Shown here: piece by piece, positions 20,273 to 30,986 of the stretch
Layout: each line of letters opens with the position of its first letter
Position numbering within the stretch: the stretch's first letter is position 1
NCBI GenBank assembly: GCA_963704455.1
Contig: OY969905.1
Coordinates: 3,417,159 to 3,481,158, forward strand
DNA from: an uncultured Acidobacteriota bacterium
Lineage (GTDB): Bacteria > Acidobacteriota > Terriglobia > Acidiferrales > UBA7541
DNA length: 64,000 bases
Reading direction: 5' to 3'
Program-made: the position numbers and the translations under genes
The notes under the pieces: generated by a model
Told to the model about the DNA's origin: nothing
The model's input: only the letters and a program-made list of their open reading frames with translations
Database searches by the model: none

Positions 20273-21745
20273 TCAATTCTGGAGACCGCTTTGCGCACTC
20301 ACTCTTTCAAAAGCATTGGCGATCTGCAGCACACGCGCCTCGCCGAAATGCGGACCGAAGATTTGCAACCCCACCGGAAGGCCATCCGGAGTCTTTCCGC
20401 ACGGCACGGAGATCCCCGGCACCCCGGCGAGCGATCCCGTAACTGTATATATATCAGCAAGATACATCGCCAGCGGGTCGCCCGTCCGCTCTCCCAAGCG
20501 AAAGGCAGGCACCGGCGAAGTCGGCGTCACGATCGCGTCCACCTTTGCAAACGCCTGTTCAAAATCCCGCGTGATCAGCGCCCGTACCTGCTGCCCTTTG
20601 CGGTAATAGGCGTCATAGTAGCCCGCCGAAAGGACGTAGGTGCCAAGTATGATTCGCCGCTTCACTTCGGCGCCGAAGCCGTGGCCGCGCGTCGCGCGAT
20701 ACATTCCCATCAGCGTGCCGTCTCCCGCCTCACGCAAGCCGTATCGAACGCCATCGTACCGCGCGAGGTTCGAACTCGCCTCGGCCGTCAGAATTATGTA
20801 GTACACCGCGATGGCGTATTCCGTGTGAGGCATGTTCAACTCGACAGTTTTGCAACCGAGTTTTTCGAGCGCGCCGATCCCTGCATCAATGTTGTGACGC
20901 ACCGCCGGGTCCATCCCCGGCCCGAAGTATTCGCGCGGAATGCCGATCCGCAGACCGGCCACCGGCGAATCAAACGCCGCCGTGTAATCTGGCACATCAT
21001 GCGCCGCGGAAGTCGAATCGCTCGCGTCGCGTCCTGCAATCAATCCCATTATCGTCGCCGCGTCGCGCACTGTGTTCGCAAACGGTCCGATGCGGTCGAG
21101 CGATGACGCGAGAGCAATCAGCCCGTAGCGCGACACGCGCCCGTACGTCGGCATCATCGCCGGGATCCCGCACAGCGCGCCGGGCTGGCGGATGGACCCG
21201 CCCGTATCCGTACCGAGCGCAGCGGCGGCCAGCCCCGCCGCCACGGCAGCCGCCGAGCCGCCGCTGGACCCGCCCGGCACGCGGTCCGGCGCAACTGGAT
21301 TTCGCACCGGCCCGTACGCGGAATTTTCATTCGAGCTGCCCATCGCGAATTCGTCGCAGTTCGTTTTTCCGAGCACGACCGCGCCAGCCGCTTCGAGCCG
21401 CGCGACAGCCGTCGCATCGTACGGCGGTTTATAATTTTTGAGGATTTTTGACCCGCATGTAGTTGTCACGCCGCGCGTGCTGATCACGTCTTTGATCGCC
21501 AACGGCACGCCCGCAAGCGGCGGCAGCTCTGCGCCTCGAGCAACCATCGCGTCAATCTTGTCCGCCTGTGCGTACGCGCGTTCGGGACAAAGAGCGAGAA
21601 AGGCGTTTAGCTTTGGGTTCTCACGTTCGATTCGAGCGTAGTGCTCGCGCGCCAGCTCTCGCGCGGATATCTTCTTCGCCGCAAGCGCGGCGCGAACCTC
21701 GCCAATCGTCCACTTTTTTTCGTTCGACGTCATCTCAGCGTTCAA
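20273..21745 (-). CDS. gatA: Glu-tRNA(Gln)/Asp-tRNA(Asn) amidotransferase subunit A
   Basis: Amidase signature GGSSGGSAAAVAAG. ...GKTNCDEFAMGSSNENSAYGPVRNP... Confidence 0.93.
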   Translation of the reverse strand: MNAEMTSNEKKWTIGEVRAALAAKKISARELAREHYARIERENPKLNAFLALCPERAYAQADKIDAMVARGAELPPLAGVPLAIKDVISTRGVTTTCGSKILKNYKPPYDATAVARLEAAGAVVLGKTNCDEFAMGSSNENSAYGPVRNPVAPDRVPGGSSGGSAAAVAAGLAAAALGTDTGGSIRQPGALCGIPAMMPTYGRVSRYGLIALASSLDRIGPFANTVRDAATIMGLIAGRDASDSTSAAHDVPDYTAAFDSPVAGLRIGIPREYFGPGMDPAVRHNIDAGIGALEKLGCKTVELNMPHTEYAIAVYYIILTAEASSNLARYDGVRYGLREAGDGTLMGMYRATRGHGFGAEVKRRIILGTYVLSAGYYDAYYRKGQQVRALITRDFEQAFAKVDAIVTPTSPVPAFRLGERTGDPLAMYLADIYTVTGSLAGVPGISVPCGKTPDGLPVGLQIFGPHFGEARVLQIANAFERVSAQSGLQN

Positions 21746-22037
21746 TTACCTTCGGCACGCGGAAGTACGCGCCCTGCGCGTCGGGAGCTTGCTTCAATAC
21801 GTCCTTGGCCACTTCACACGGCGCCACCACGTCATCGCGCATCGCGGGATTCGCGGTTTTGCTTTCCGCCAGCACTTGCGCCATCGGTTCGATCTTTGAC
21901 GTGTCCACGGCATTCAATTTTGCGATGTATTCCAGGATCGAATCGAGCTGCTGCTGGTACTTCGCCACTTCGGCCTCGCTCAACTCGAGGTGCGCCAACT
22001 CCGCCACTCGCAACACTTCTTCCCGCGTGATTTTCAT
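21735..22037 (-). CDS. gatC: Glu-tRNA(Gln) amidotransferase subunit C
   Basis: MKITREEVLRVAELAHLELSEAEVAKYQQQLDSILEYIAKLNAVDT... Overlaps the gatA start by 11 nt. Confidence 0.85.
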   Translation of the reverse strand: MKITREEVLRVAELAHLELSEAEVAKYQQQLDSILEYIAKLNAVDTSKIEPMAQVLAESKTANPAMRDDVVAPCEVAKDVLKQAPDAQGAYFRVPKVIER

Positions 22038-22241
22038 TTTCGGCTCCGCCCGCGAATTTGCGAAAGCTCTTTCAAGAAACCGTCAGGATAGCACAGGCCG
22101 CGCGTCCACCCTTGCCCCTCTCATTGGCTGCCCGGCAATCACTGCCAATTACCGTCAAAAGTTGAGCAGCCGCAGGCGCCGGGATAGAATCCGCGCCTTG
22201 GCATTCGACAAACGCGTCTCCCCATAAGGAGGACTCATCCC

Positions 22242-24125
22242 ATGAAGCGGACATCCATTCTCTGCGCGTCACTTCTCTTTGCGCTCTTCCTGTTCCACTT
22301 ACCTGCCGCGCACGCGCAGTCCGCGCCCGTTATCAACCTCACCATTGACGCCACGCGCGCTCCGCTCAAAATCCTCCACGCAACTTTGCAGATGCCCGCG
22401 CGCCAGGGGCCGCTCACTCTCTACTATCCCAAATGGATTCCCGGTCTCCACGAACCCGCCGGGCCTGTCGCCAATGTGACCGGACTTAAGTTCTCCGCGA
22501 ACTCGCAGTCGATTCCCTGGCGCCGCGACTTGCTCGATGTTTACACATTTCACGTGGATGTCCCGCAGGGCGCAAGCCAGCTCAACATTTCATTTGACTA
22601 TCTTGAGCCCAGCGGTGGCGGCGGCCCCGCGGCAGGCTCAGCCACAGACAAGCTCCTCGTCCTCAATTGGAATCAGGTGCTGCTCTATCCCGCCGGGACC
22701 CCCGCCGCGCAAATTACATTTAAGTCGAAACTGCTGCTACCCGCAGGATGGAATTTCGGCACCGCACTCCCAGTTGCGAATCAGGCCAACGGGGAAGTCA
22801 CCTTCCAGCCCGCCGCGCTCGATCGGCTGATTGATTCGCCCCTTGTTGCCGGCGAATATTATCGCGCGATTGACCTCACGCCGCCCGGCGAGCCGATCCA
22901 CCATGAGATTGACATGGTCGCCGACAGCGCCGAAGCGCTCGCCATGCCCGCCGACGTACAACGCGGCCTCACCAACCTCGTCGCCGAATCCGGCAAACTT
23001 TTCGGCACGCGCCATTACCGCGAATACCATTTCCTGCTCACGCTTAGCGAACACACCGCGCACTTCGGCGTCGAGCATCATGAATCAAATGACAGCCGCC
23101 TGCCCGAGCGCGTATTCCTTTCGCCGGGCGCGGCGCGCGAAGTCGGCGGACTCCTCGCCCACGAATTTGCCCACTCCTGGAGTGGAAAGTTCCGCCGCCC
23201 CCAGGGCGAATGCGTGGCAGATTTTCAAGCGCCCATGGAGACGGATCTCCTCTGGGTCTACGAGGGAAACACGTCTTATCTCGGCGATGTGCTTGCCACT
23301 CGGAGCGGAATGTGGACGCCCGACGACTATCACCAGAACATCGCAGGGATCGCCGCCAGCCTCGGCCCAGGCCGTCCCGGGCGCACCTGGCGTTCCGTCC
23401 TTGATACTGCCGTTGCAGTCCCTGGATTGTTTGGCGGCGCGGGTTGGGGCAACTGGCGGCGCGGCTCGGATTACTACGAGGAAGGCGAGCTCATCTGGAT
23501 CGAAGTCGCGAACATCATACACTCGCAAAGTAACGGCAAAAAATCATTCGAGGATTTCTTTCGCGCATTTTACGGCGGTCCCAACAACGGCCCGGAAAGA
23601 AAGTGCTACACGTTTGACGAGCTCGCCCAGGCTTTAAATCAGACCGTGCCCTACGACTGGCCGAAGTTCCTGAATGAGCGGCTGACCTCTACTTCGCCCG
23701 AAGCGCCAACTGCAGGACTTGAAGCCGGCGGCTGGAAGCTCGTCTTCAACTCCGAGCCATCCGGCGGCGCGCGCGGAGTCCGCGGGGTTTCCATCACGAC
23801 CTACACCATCGGCCTAAGCGTGGGCGCTGACGGCTCTGTTTCTGACACGCTCTACGGCGGCCCTGCATTCAAAGCCGGAATCACGCCGGGCATGAAAGTC
23901 GCCGCCGTGAACGGACGGGCCTATCGCCCCGAACTTCTCGCCGACGCCATCAAGGCCAGCAAATCGAATTCCGCGCCGATCCAGTTGCTCGTGGTTTCCG
24001 ACGATTACTATAAGACGTGTGCGATTGACTACCACGATGGCGAGCGATACCCGCACCTCGTCCGCGATCCCGCGCGTCCGGATTACCTGGACGAAATCCT
24101 CAAGCCGCTCACGCCCGCGCCTTAA
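22242..24125 (+). CDS. peptidase M61 (glycyl aminopeptidase) family protein with C-terminal PDZ-like region, secreted
   Basis: Signal peptide. HEFAHSW zinc motif. Domain layout typical of the M61 family. Confidence 0.75.
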   Translation: MKRTSILCASLLFALFLFHLPAAHAQSAPVINLTIDATRAPLKILHATLQMPARQGPLTLYYPKWIPGLHEPAGPVANVTGLKFSANSQSIPWRRDLLDVYTFHVDVPQGASQLNISFDYLEPSGGGGPAAGSATDKLLVLNWNQVLLYPAGTPAAQITFKSKLLLPAGWNFGTALPVANQANGEVTFQPAALDRLIDSPLVAGEYYRAIDLTPPGEPIHHEIDMVADSAEALAMPADVQRGLTNLVAESGKLFGTRHYREYHFLLTLSEHTAHFGVEHHESNDSRLPERVFLSPGAAREVGGLLAHEFAHSWSGKFRRPQGECVADFQAPMETDLLWVYEGNTSYLGDVLATRSGMWTPDDYHQNIAGIAASLGPGRPGRTWRSVLDTAVAVPGLFGGAGWGNWRRGSDYYEEGELIWIEVANIIHSQSNGKKSFEDFFRAFYGGPNNGPERKCYTFDELAQALNQTVPYDWPKFLNERLTSTSPEAPTAGLEAGGWKLVFNSEPSGGARGVRGVSITTYTIGLSVGADGSVSDTLYGGPAFKAGITPGMKVAAVNGRAYRPELLADAIKASKSNSAPIQLLVVSDDYYKTCAIDYHDGERYPHLVRDPARPDYLDEILKPLTPAP

Positions 24126-24247
24126 GATCCGCGAACGACAAATTCACCCAACTCAAAGCGAGCCAATATTTCCATACTGCGCATAAGAAACCATCTCTCC
24201 ATTTCCCGCCCCCGGCACCCGTCCGCTTTATATAATTAGAGAAGGCT

Positions 24248-25930
24248 ATGCCTGACACTAAGGATTGGTTGCCAAAATCCGTTTCCGTCCTGCGCAAATA
24301 TTCGAAGCGCCAGTTTCTCTCCGACGCCATTGCGGGTGTAACGGTCGGCCTTGTCGCACTTCCCCTGGCTATGGCGTTTGCCATCGCCTCGGGGATGCCT
24401 CCGCAATCCGGTCTCTACTGCGCCATTGTTGCCGGTTTCCTTGTTTCGTTATTTGGCGGATCCTCCACGCAAATTGCCGGGCCGACCGGTGCTTTCGTCG
24501 TAGTCGTCTACGGGATTGTTGCTCGTTACGGCGTGGACGGACTCTACATGTGCACGCTTCTTGCAGGCATTCTCCTGGTTGTGCTTGGCGCCACTGGACT
24601 TGGCGCGGCCGTGAAATTCATTCCACGCCCCGTCGTGGTTGGCTTCACCAACGGCATCGCCGTAATCATTGCCAGCACTCAAATTAAAGACTTCTTCGGC
24701 CTGAAAGTGGACAAGGTCCCCGGTGACTTTCTCGCGCGAATCGAAGTTCTTGGCCGCAATGTTCGCACGATCTCATCTCAAGAGACCGGTCTGGCATGCC
24801 TGGCGCTATTAATCATCATTGTGTTCGCCAAGTATTTCAAACGCGTTCCGGGCTATGTTGTCGCCCTTCTCGCGGGGACCGCGATCGTTTGGATTCTCCA
24901 TTTGCCAGTGGAGACAATCGGAACGCGCTTCGGTGGAATTCCCTCGGGGTTGCCGTCCATGCATATTCCCCAGTTCCGAATTGATCTCATCCGGCCACTC
25001 ATTCCGCCGGCGATCACGGTCGCTCTCCTTGGTGCTATTGAGTCCCTGATGTCTGCGGTCGTCTCGGATCGGATGAGCGGCGACAAACATAATCCCAACG
25101 TCGAACTAATCGGCCAGGGCATTGCCAATATTTTCTGTCCACTTTTTGGCGGCTTGCCAGCCACAGGAGCCATCGCTCGCACGGCAACTAATATCCGCTC
25201 CGGCGCGCGCACGCCCGTTGCGGGGATGATCCACTCCGCGACGTTGCTGGCCGTGCTTCTCTTTGCTGCGCCCCTGGCACGATTCATTCCTCTTTCGGTT
25301 CTGGCTGCAATTTTGTTGGTAGTCTCCTACAACATGGGTGAGTGGCGCGAAATTCCCGAACTTTGGAAGCTCACACGATTGGAAATCGGCACGTGGCTCG
25401 TTACATTCGCCCTCACCGTTTTTGCGGACCTTACCACTGCCGTTGAGGCAGGGATGATTCTTGCCGCGCTCGTATTCATCCGCAAAGTAACTGCCACGAC
25501 GAAGATCTCTCGCGTTACGCCTGAGTACGTCGAACACGGCCGCGCTCACATCCTCCAGGACAAAGTAATTCCACTTTATGTCGCTGTTTTTCGCATCCAC
25601 GGTCCGTTTCTTTTTGGCGCCACGGAAAAGTTGGACAAGGTCACGCGCCACCTTTCCAAGCTGCCCCCCGTCATCATCCTTCGTTTGCGAAATATGACTG
25701 CCCTTGACGCCACGGGCTTGCAAGCCCTTGAGCATTTTGCGGATCGGGTCCACAACTCAGGCCGGGGCCTAATCCTTTGCGGCGCGCCCGAGCAGCCCGC
25801 TCGTTTAATGCACCAGTCGGAGTTTGAGGATCATGTTGGACGCGAAAATATCTGCGAAAACATTGCAAAGGCTCTTGCGCGCGCAGCCGAACTCCATGAT
25901 GAGGTTTCCGCATTACACGGTGTGACCTAG
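24248..25930 (+). CDS. SulP family inorganic anion (sulfate) permease with C-terminal STAS domain
   Basis: 560 aa, polytopic. N-terminal ...LPKSVSVLRKYSKRQFLSDAIAGVTVGLVALPLAMAFAIASG... consensus. STAS-like tail. Confidence 0.9.
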   Translation: MPDTKDWLPKSVSVLRKYSKRQFLSDAIAGVTVGLVALPLAMAFAIASGMPPQSGLYCAIVAGFLVSLFGGSSTQIAGPTGAFVVVVYGIVARYGVDGLYMCTLLAGILLVVLGATGLGAAVKFIPRPVVVGFTNGIAVIIASTQIKDFFGLKVDKVPGDFLARIEVLGRNVRTISSQETGLACLALLIIIVFAKYFKRVPGYVVALLAGTAIVWILHLPVETIGTRFGGIPSGLPSMHIPQFRIDLIRPLIPPAITVALLGAIESLMSAVVSDRMSGDKHNPNVELIGQGIANIFCPLFGGLPATGAIARTATNIRSGARTPVAGMIHSATLLAVLLFAAPLARFIPLSVLAAILLVVSYNMGEWREIPELWKLTRLEIGTWLVTFALTVFADLTTAVEAGMILAALVFIRKVTATTKISRVTPEYVEHGRAHILQDKVIPLYVAVFRIHGPFLFGATEKLDKVTRHLSKLPPVIILRLRNMTALDATGLQALEHFADRVHNSGRGLILCGAPEQPARLMHQSEFEDHVGRENICENIAKALARAAELHDEVSALHGVT

Positions 25931-25992
25931 AGGTTGTGGTCGGATGAATTGGGGAAAAATGGGGGACTACCCATTGATGGCCGAATGGAAGC

Positions 25993-26772
25993 TTACTTCG
26001 TTCCCGTCGCGTCTCCGGCTTTCGGCGCTTGGCCGCGAACAGCGAGGATTTCGTAATTCTGATACTTGATCGTGAGAATGGCTGTCCCGTCCAGCCGGAT
26101 ATCGGAAACGCTCCGGTTTTCTTTCGGCAACCAGAAGTCGCCTACCTTTTCATATTGGTGGTGAATGTCTGTCTTCTTGATCCAGAACGATGGATTCATC
26201 GCCGGCTCTGCATCAATCTTGCAGACGGCGAAATCATTCTCGTCTACCCAGATGCGTCCGCGGAAAAGAAACTTATTGGGCACCTTTGGGGTGGCCGTAA
26301 GGATGTACGAGCAACCGTCCGGTGAGTGCTGGTAGCCGGCCAGCGCGAATTCATAATTATTGGTACTCACTTCGACGCGAGTGCGGTTCTTATCTTCGAG
26401 AGCTTCTTTCTCAGAGTCCAGCAGGCGTTTCAACACATGTTTGAGAAGCAGTCCGGAGCCGCTTTCCGAAACTATGGTGAAATCCTTGGTCGCAGGAGCT
26501 GTGAATAGAACGTCCACGACCATTTCGGCGTGCATTTTTGGGAATCCATTGTAATCAATTGTATAAAATCGGCGTCCGCGGAATCGTTCGAGCGCATAGG
26601 TTCTTTCCGCACTCCTCTGCATCAGCCGCTCCACAACCTGCGCAAGAGGCAGCGGCGCCGCCGCGGGAGACGACCCCGTCCCCGACAGAGCGGTTCCCTG
26701 CAAAGGCGCCAGCGCGGCGAATGCGCCGAGCGCAAGAACCAGTGATATTGTCAGACAGCTCCGCAGCTTCAT
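25993..26772 (-). CDS. hypothetical secreted protein (possibly LolA-fold-like)
   Basis: Signal peptide MKLRSCLTISLVLALGAFAALAPLQG. The fold assignment is a guess only. Confidence 0.55.
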   Translation of the reverse strand: MKLRSCLTISLVLALGAFAALAPLQGTALSGTGSSPAAAPLPLAQVVERLMQRSAERTYALERFRGRRFYTIDYNGFPKMHAEMVVDVLFTAPATKDFTIVSESGSGLLLKHVLKRLLDSEKEALEDKNRTRVEVSTNNYEFALAGYQHSPDGCSYILTATPKVPNKFLFRGRIWVDENDFAVCKIDAEPAMNPSFWIKKTDIHHQYEKVGDFWLPKENRSVSDIRLDGTAILTIKYQNYEILAVRGQAPKAGDATGTK

Positions 26773-26854
26773 GTCTTCTTGTGGCCTCTGTGACTGAATG
26801 GCTACCCTGATGTGCGAAAAGAGTCCGGACGCGAAATGCGCGAGTCCCCGCGAA

Positions 26855-28075
26855 TCAAGTTAGAGCAGCGTCGAGCACCCTATCCCGGATCACACTCGAG
26901 GCATGCAAGTAGCCCTCGTAAGTGCCGTACATGCGCTCAAACACTTGTTCCCAGGAAGTGCCTACCGCAAACTCGCGCGCCGCGATGCGGTACGAAGCGA
27001 GCAAATCCCTTTGTGCCAGAAAACCTTCAATGATGTTAACAAATTCAGGCAGGTTGTTGGCGACAAATCCATTTTTGCCGTGTTGAACCGTGTACTTCGG
27101 TCCCCCACTCGAGGAAACAATCGCCGGGACGCCGGAAGCCATCGCTTCCAGCACGACCAGTCCGAACGTGTCCGTCTCCGAGGGGAAAACAAAAATGTCC
27201 ATGTTCGCGAAGGCGCGGGACAATTCCTTGCCCGTCAGCACCCCAGGAAATACGGCGTTCCGCATATTCTCGCGGAGCCACCCAAGTTCGAGTCCTTCCC
27301 CCACGACAACAAATTCAAAATCATTGTGTCCCTTTTTTCTTAGCTCCTGCTCGATCCGCGCCAGCACGCGGACGTTTTTTTCAGGCGTGAGCCTTCCCAC
27401 ATATCCAATCTTCAGCGGCGCCGCTGGCCCTGTAGCCCGGTCTCGCCAGCGGGGAGAGAAAACATTCGTGTCCACTCCATGGGGCATGATGGAACAAGGC
27501 TTCCCGGTGGCATTTTCCAGCAGACGGATGACCTCCGGATTCGGAGCGAAAAGGAACCGCGGGATCTTGTAAAAACGGGCGAGCGCTCGAAAGCTCCAAC
27601 GTTCCGCGGCTCGCGAAAACCATTCAGAGGTGCGCTTCGGCAGGAATCGCGTCGCTGAAGCAACTCGACGCGCGGCATACTCATGCAGATTTGTCTGCCA
27701 CGTCGCCGCAAGGGGTATGTGAAGCTTGTGAGCGATCAGCGCTCCGAGGATTCCCACGTCGCCCGGCCCCGTGATCTGGATCAGATCCGGATTGAACTCA
27801 CGGACGCGGGATGCAACTTCCTTATAATGTCTGGTGAACAAAAGATCGAAATGGTGGCCGCGATCCAGCAGAAATGTCGCAAAGCTGCGCCGCAACTGAA
27901 TTCGGGTGACGGACCCGTTGCGCTCAACTTCAGTCCGCGGGCCGGAATGGACCATCAGGAAGGGCAGGCCGTGGCGCCCGGCAAATGCTTCAAAGTGACG
28001 CGCCGTATTTGCGAGACCGTCCACCTCGTAATACCCATCGGGGAAATAAGCGACTCTCTGGTCCTCAGAAGTCAC
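26855..28075 (-). CDS. glycosyltransferase family 4 (GT-B fold)
   Basis: ...IFVFPSETDTFGLVVLEAMASGVPAIVSSSGGPKYTVQHGKNGF... (EX7E-type motif). Confidence 0.85.
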   Translation of the reverse strand: MTSEDQRVAYFPDGYYEVDGLANTARHFEAFAGRHGLPFLMVHSGPRTEVERNGSVTRIQLRRSFATFLLDRGHHFDLLFTRHYKEVASRVREFNPDLIQITGPGDVGILGALIAHKLHIPLAATWQTNLHEYAARRVASATRFLPKRTSEWFSRAAERWSFRALARFYKIPRFLFAPNPEVIRLLENATGKPCSIMPHGVDTNVFSPRWRDRATGPAAPLKIGYVGRLTPEKNVRVLARIEQELRKKGHNDFEFVVVGEGLELGWLRENMRNAVFPGVLTGKELSRAFANMDIFVFPSETDTFGLVVLEAMASGVPAIVSSSGGPKYTVQHGKNGFVANNLPEFVNIIEGFLAQRDLLASYRIAAREFAVGTSWEQVFERMYGTYEGYLHASSVIRDRVLDAALT

Positions 28076-29226
28076 AAAAGAGCCTCAGATGGGAAATCGA
28101 TGGGGCGATTGGGTTCCAGGTCTTCCGTCAGCATTAATTTCAATGCCCGCCCGACAGAATCATTTTCCGCCAGTCGAAATATGGAAAAAATTCTTTCGAT
28201 TGCGACAGGTGGCCTTCGCCACAGCGCCGAAAGCGGCTGCATCAATTCGCGGGGCCTGCCGGGATGGAAAACGCGGTCATCCCAGCGCCGCGAGCCCACC
28301 GGATTCTCCGGGTATTCCCGGATGATGTCGAGCAGCGTTTTCATTGTGCGCAGGCAAAGCGGCTCCTGATATTGCGGCATGAAGACGATGTGGCTGAGCC
28401 CGCCGTCGCGGATTTCGTGGATAAATTCGGGAAGCGATTCAGCTTCAGTGAAATTTAGCACCGCGCTTGGCTCGGTGGCGTGGCGATCTCCGCCCGATAC
28501 AACCGGACGCCCCCACCGCTCGGCCAATTGAAGAGCGCGGTAATTTTCTTTCCACGAGCGCGTTGCGTTCAGCTCCAGTGCGTGGAGGAATCTGCAATTC
28601 ACTTCAAGAAATTGTTCAACGGTTTGCGCAAACGCCTGCCCGCCCGTTGACCGCTGCTCCCAAAGTGGATGATTGAAAACAATCAGGACATCCGGGTCTT
28701 CATCAAGCGATGCAAGCAATTCCGTCAATCGCTTTTCATTAGGATTGAGCGTGTAGAAAGCAAGGTCCGCCACAATCTCCGCTGCGTTGCCTTCCGGTAA
28801 ATTATGAATGCCGAGATGGAAGATGGTGCCGCGGAAGGGGACACTCCATTCTAGGGACAATGGCACGTGGCGGACTTCAGGAACGAGCCGCAGAAGCGCC
28901 GGGGCTTCAATGTTGTCGTGATCGGTTAAGGAGACGATACTCGCGAGACCGAGCACATTCTCGATCTGCCCGGATTCCAAATCATAGGCTTGCTTCGGCG
29001 TCAAAGGCGGCGTCCAGTAAGCCTGGTCAAAATCCACGGGGAGCAGAGAAACGCTCTTCTGCTTCTCAAGAGCCCATTGAAGCAGGGAAAATCTCTGTGC
29101 AAATTCCGGAATGAACTGGAGGCCTTCCTTGGAATGGTTCGTGTGGCCATGAAGCGACACGCCCGTCCTATACCCTCTCGTGCAAGTTGGCTTATTCCAC
29201 AGGCAGGACAGTTTTATTTGTGTCAA
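28072..29226 (-). CDS. PHP-domain (polymerase/histidinol-phosphatase-like) metal-dependent phosphoesterase, putative
   Basis: VSLHGHTNHSKEG near the N-terminus and GGDRH near the C-terminus resemble PHP metal ligands. Start overlaps the GT4 gene by 4 nt. Confidence 0.5.
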   Translation of the reverse strand: MTQIKLSCLWNKPTCTRGYRTGVSLHGHTNHSKEGLQFIPEFAQRFSLLQWALEKQKSVSLLPVDFDQAYWTPPLTPKQAYDLESGQIENVLGLASIVSLTDHDNIEAPALLRLVPEVRHVPLSLEWSVPFRGTIFHLGIHNLPEGNAAEIVADLAFYTLNPNEKRLTELLASLDEDPDVLIVFNHPLWEQRSTGGQAFAQTVEQFLEVNCRFLHALELNATRSWKENYRALQLAERWGRPVVSGGDRHATEPSAVLNFTEAESLPEFIHEIRDGGLSHIVFMPQYQEPLCLRTMKTLLDIIREYPENPVGSRRWDDRVFHPGRPRELMQPLSALWRRPPVAIERIFSIFRLAENDSVGRALKLMLTEDLEPNRPIDFPSEALL

Positions 29227-29538
29227 AAGAACTCGCTCTCAATCAGTATTTTTCTGGGCCGCACTCAGCAGGATGCTTCACCGACATTTTACCGCCGATA
29301 GTACGTTGGATGAGTGACAAGTCAAACCAGTTGCCCTCAATATCACAATACCTGCGACATTGCCGGGCGGCTGCTCAAACGACGCCAAACTTTTCTAAAG
29401 CGTGTTTTATTTTTTTCAGCAAGCAACGTGACCGCGGATTTTGGCCTGCAAACCTGCCTGCCACTTGGCAAATACTATCATCGTTCGCTTATGCGTCAAA
29501 CGTGTTTTGGAAAAAGGTAAATGACGATTCCGGAGCGC

Positions 29539-30858
29539 TCAAGAGTGGGCTGCGCTTTTGCGCCGCGGAAACTTTGTCGAAATGTAATCGTCCACGAGCG
29601 CTTGAAATGCGCGTGAAAGTTCGTCGTAGTTACCCTGCAACGTCGTGAACTTTTGCCCGTCAATATAAACAGGGCATCGCGGCTCTTCGCCGGTGCCGGG
29701 CAGGCTGATTCCGATGTTCGCGGCCTTTGATTCGCCCGGTCCATTCACGATGCAGCCCATCACTGCGAGCTTCATCTCTTCCACTCCGTCGTATTGTTTC
29801 TTCCACTCCGGCATCTGTTCGCGGATGTAGCCTTGAATGCTCTCAGCCAGCTCTTGAAAAGTCGAACTGGTCGTGCGGCCGCAGCCGGGGCACGCCGTCA
29901 CGCTCGGCGAAAAACTACGAAGCCCGAGCGCCTGCAGCAATTCGCATGCGGCGTAAACTTCTTCGCGGCGATCGCCGCCCGGCTTCGGTGTAAGTGAGAT
30001 GCGGATCGTATCACCGATGCCCTCGTGCAAAAGAATCCCCATCGCTGCCGATGACCACACCGAACCCTTCAATCCCATGCCCGCTTCGGTTAGTCCAAGG
30101 TGCAGAGGCTGTTGAGTCTTCGCGCTCAAATCACGGTAAATTGTAATCAGGTCGAGAGGCCGCGAAGTCTTGCACGAAATAATGATCTGATCATTCCGCA
30201 GGCCCGATTGCAGAGCGAGCTCGGTGGACTCGACCGCCGAGATCACCATGCACTCGTTGATGATCTCCTCGGAGCTGAACCCGAGATCGCCGTCGGTATT
30301 CTCCTGCATCTTGCGCATCACCAGCTCTTGGTTCAGCGACCCGCCATTCACGCCGATGCGCACCGGCTTCCCGTGATCACGCGCGATGTTGCAAATGGCG
30401 GAGAACTGTTCATCGCGCCGCTTGCCCGCGCCCACGTTGCCCGGGTTGATGCGGTATTTGTCCAGAGCCTCCGCGCATTTCGGATACTGCTTCAGCAAGA
30501 CGTGCCCGTTGTAGTGGAAATCGCCGATGATCGGCGCGTTACACCCGGCATCCAAGAGCCGCTGTTTGATCTCCGGCACTGCCGCCGCCGCTTCCGGCAC
30601 ATTCACCGTAATGCGCACAAGTTCCGAGCCGGCCTGCGCCAGCTCGAGGCACTGCTGGAAAGTGGACGTCGCGTCGGCCGTATCCGTGTTCGTCATGGAT
30701 TGCACGACCACCGGAGCGTCCCCGCCGACCAACACGTGGCCAACTTTCACGCCGAAAGTTTTCCTGCGGGCAACGCGCGAAATGCCGTGGGATGCCGCCT
30801 GGACTGCTTCTGCCGAGGGATTGCCGCCAATGCGCACGAGTGTTGGTTCAGATTTCAT
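29539..30858 (-). CDS. ispG: 4-hydroxy-3-methylbut-2-en-1-yl diphosphate synthase (flavodoxin)
   Basis: ...[18 protein letters not shown]... and [31 protein letters not shown]. Confidence 0.92.
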   Translation of the reverse strand: MKSEPTLVRIGGNPSAEAVQAASHGISRVARRKTFGVKVGHVLVGGDAPVVVQSMTNTDTADATSTFQQCLELAQAGSELVRITVNVPEAAAAVPEIKQRLLDAGCNAPIIGDFHYNGHVLLKQYPKCAEALDKYRINPGNVGAGKRRDEQFSAICNIARDHGKPVRIGVNGGSLNQELVMRKMQENTDGDLGFSSEEIINECMVISAVESTELALQSGLRNDQIIISCKTSRPLDLITIYRDLSAKTQQPLHLGLTEAGMGLKGSVWSSAAMGILLHEGIGDTIRISLTPKPGGDRREEVYAACELLQALGLRSFSPSVTACPGCGRTTSSTFQELAESIQGYIREQMPEWKKQYDGVEEMKLAVMGCIVNGPGESKAANIGISLPGTGEEPRCPVYIDGQKFTTLQGNYDELSRAFQALVDDYISTKFPRRKSAAHS

Positions 30859-30986
30859 AGATCGCCTGAAAATGGGTTCTTATTATATCGCGGATTGAAA
30901 CAGTTCGTAAGAATGAGGCTTTTCTATGGCGCCGAGCAGTCTTCTTTTCAGATCCAACGCTGCAATGCCAGTGCAGGTGTCCGTTT

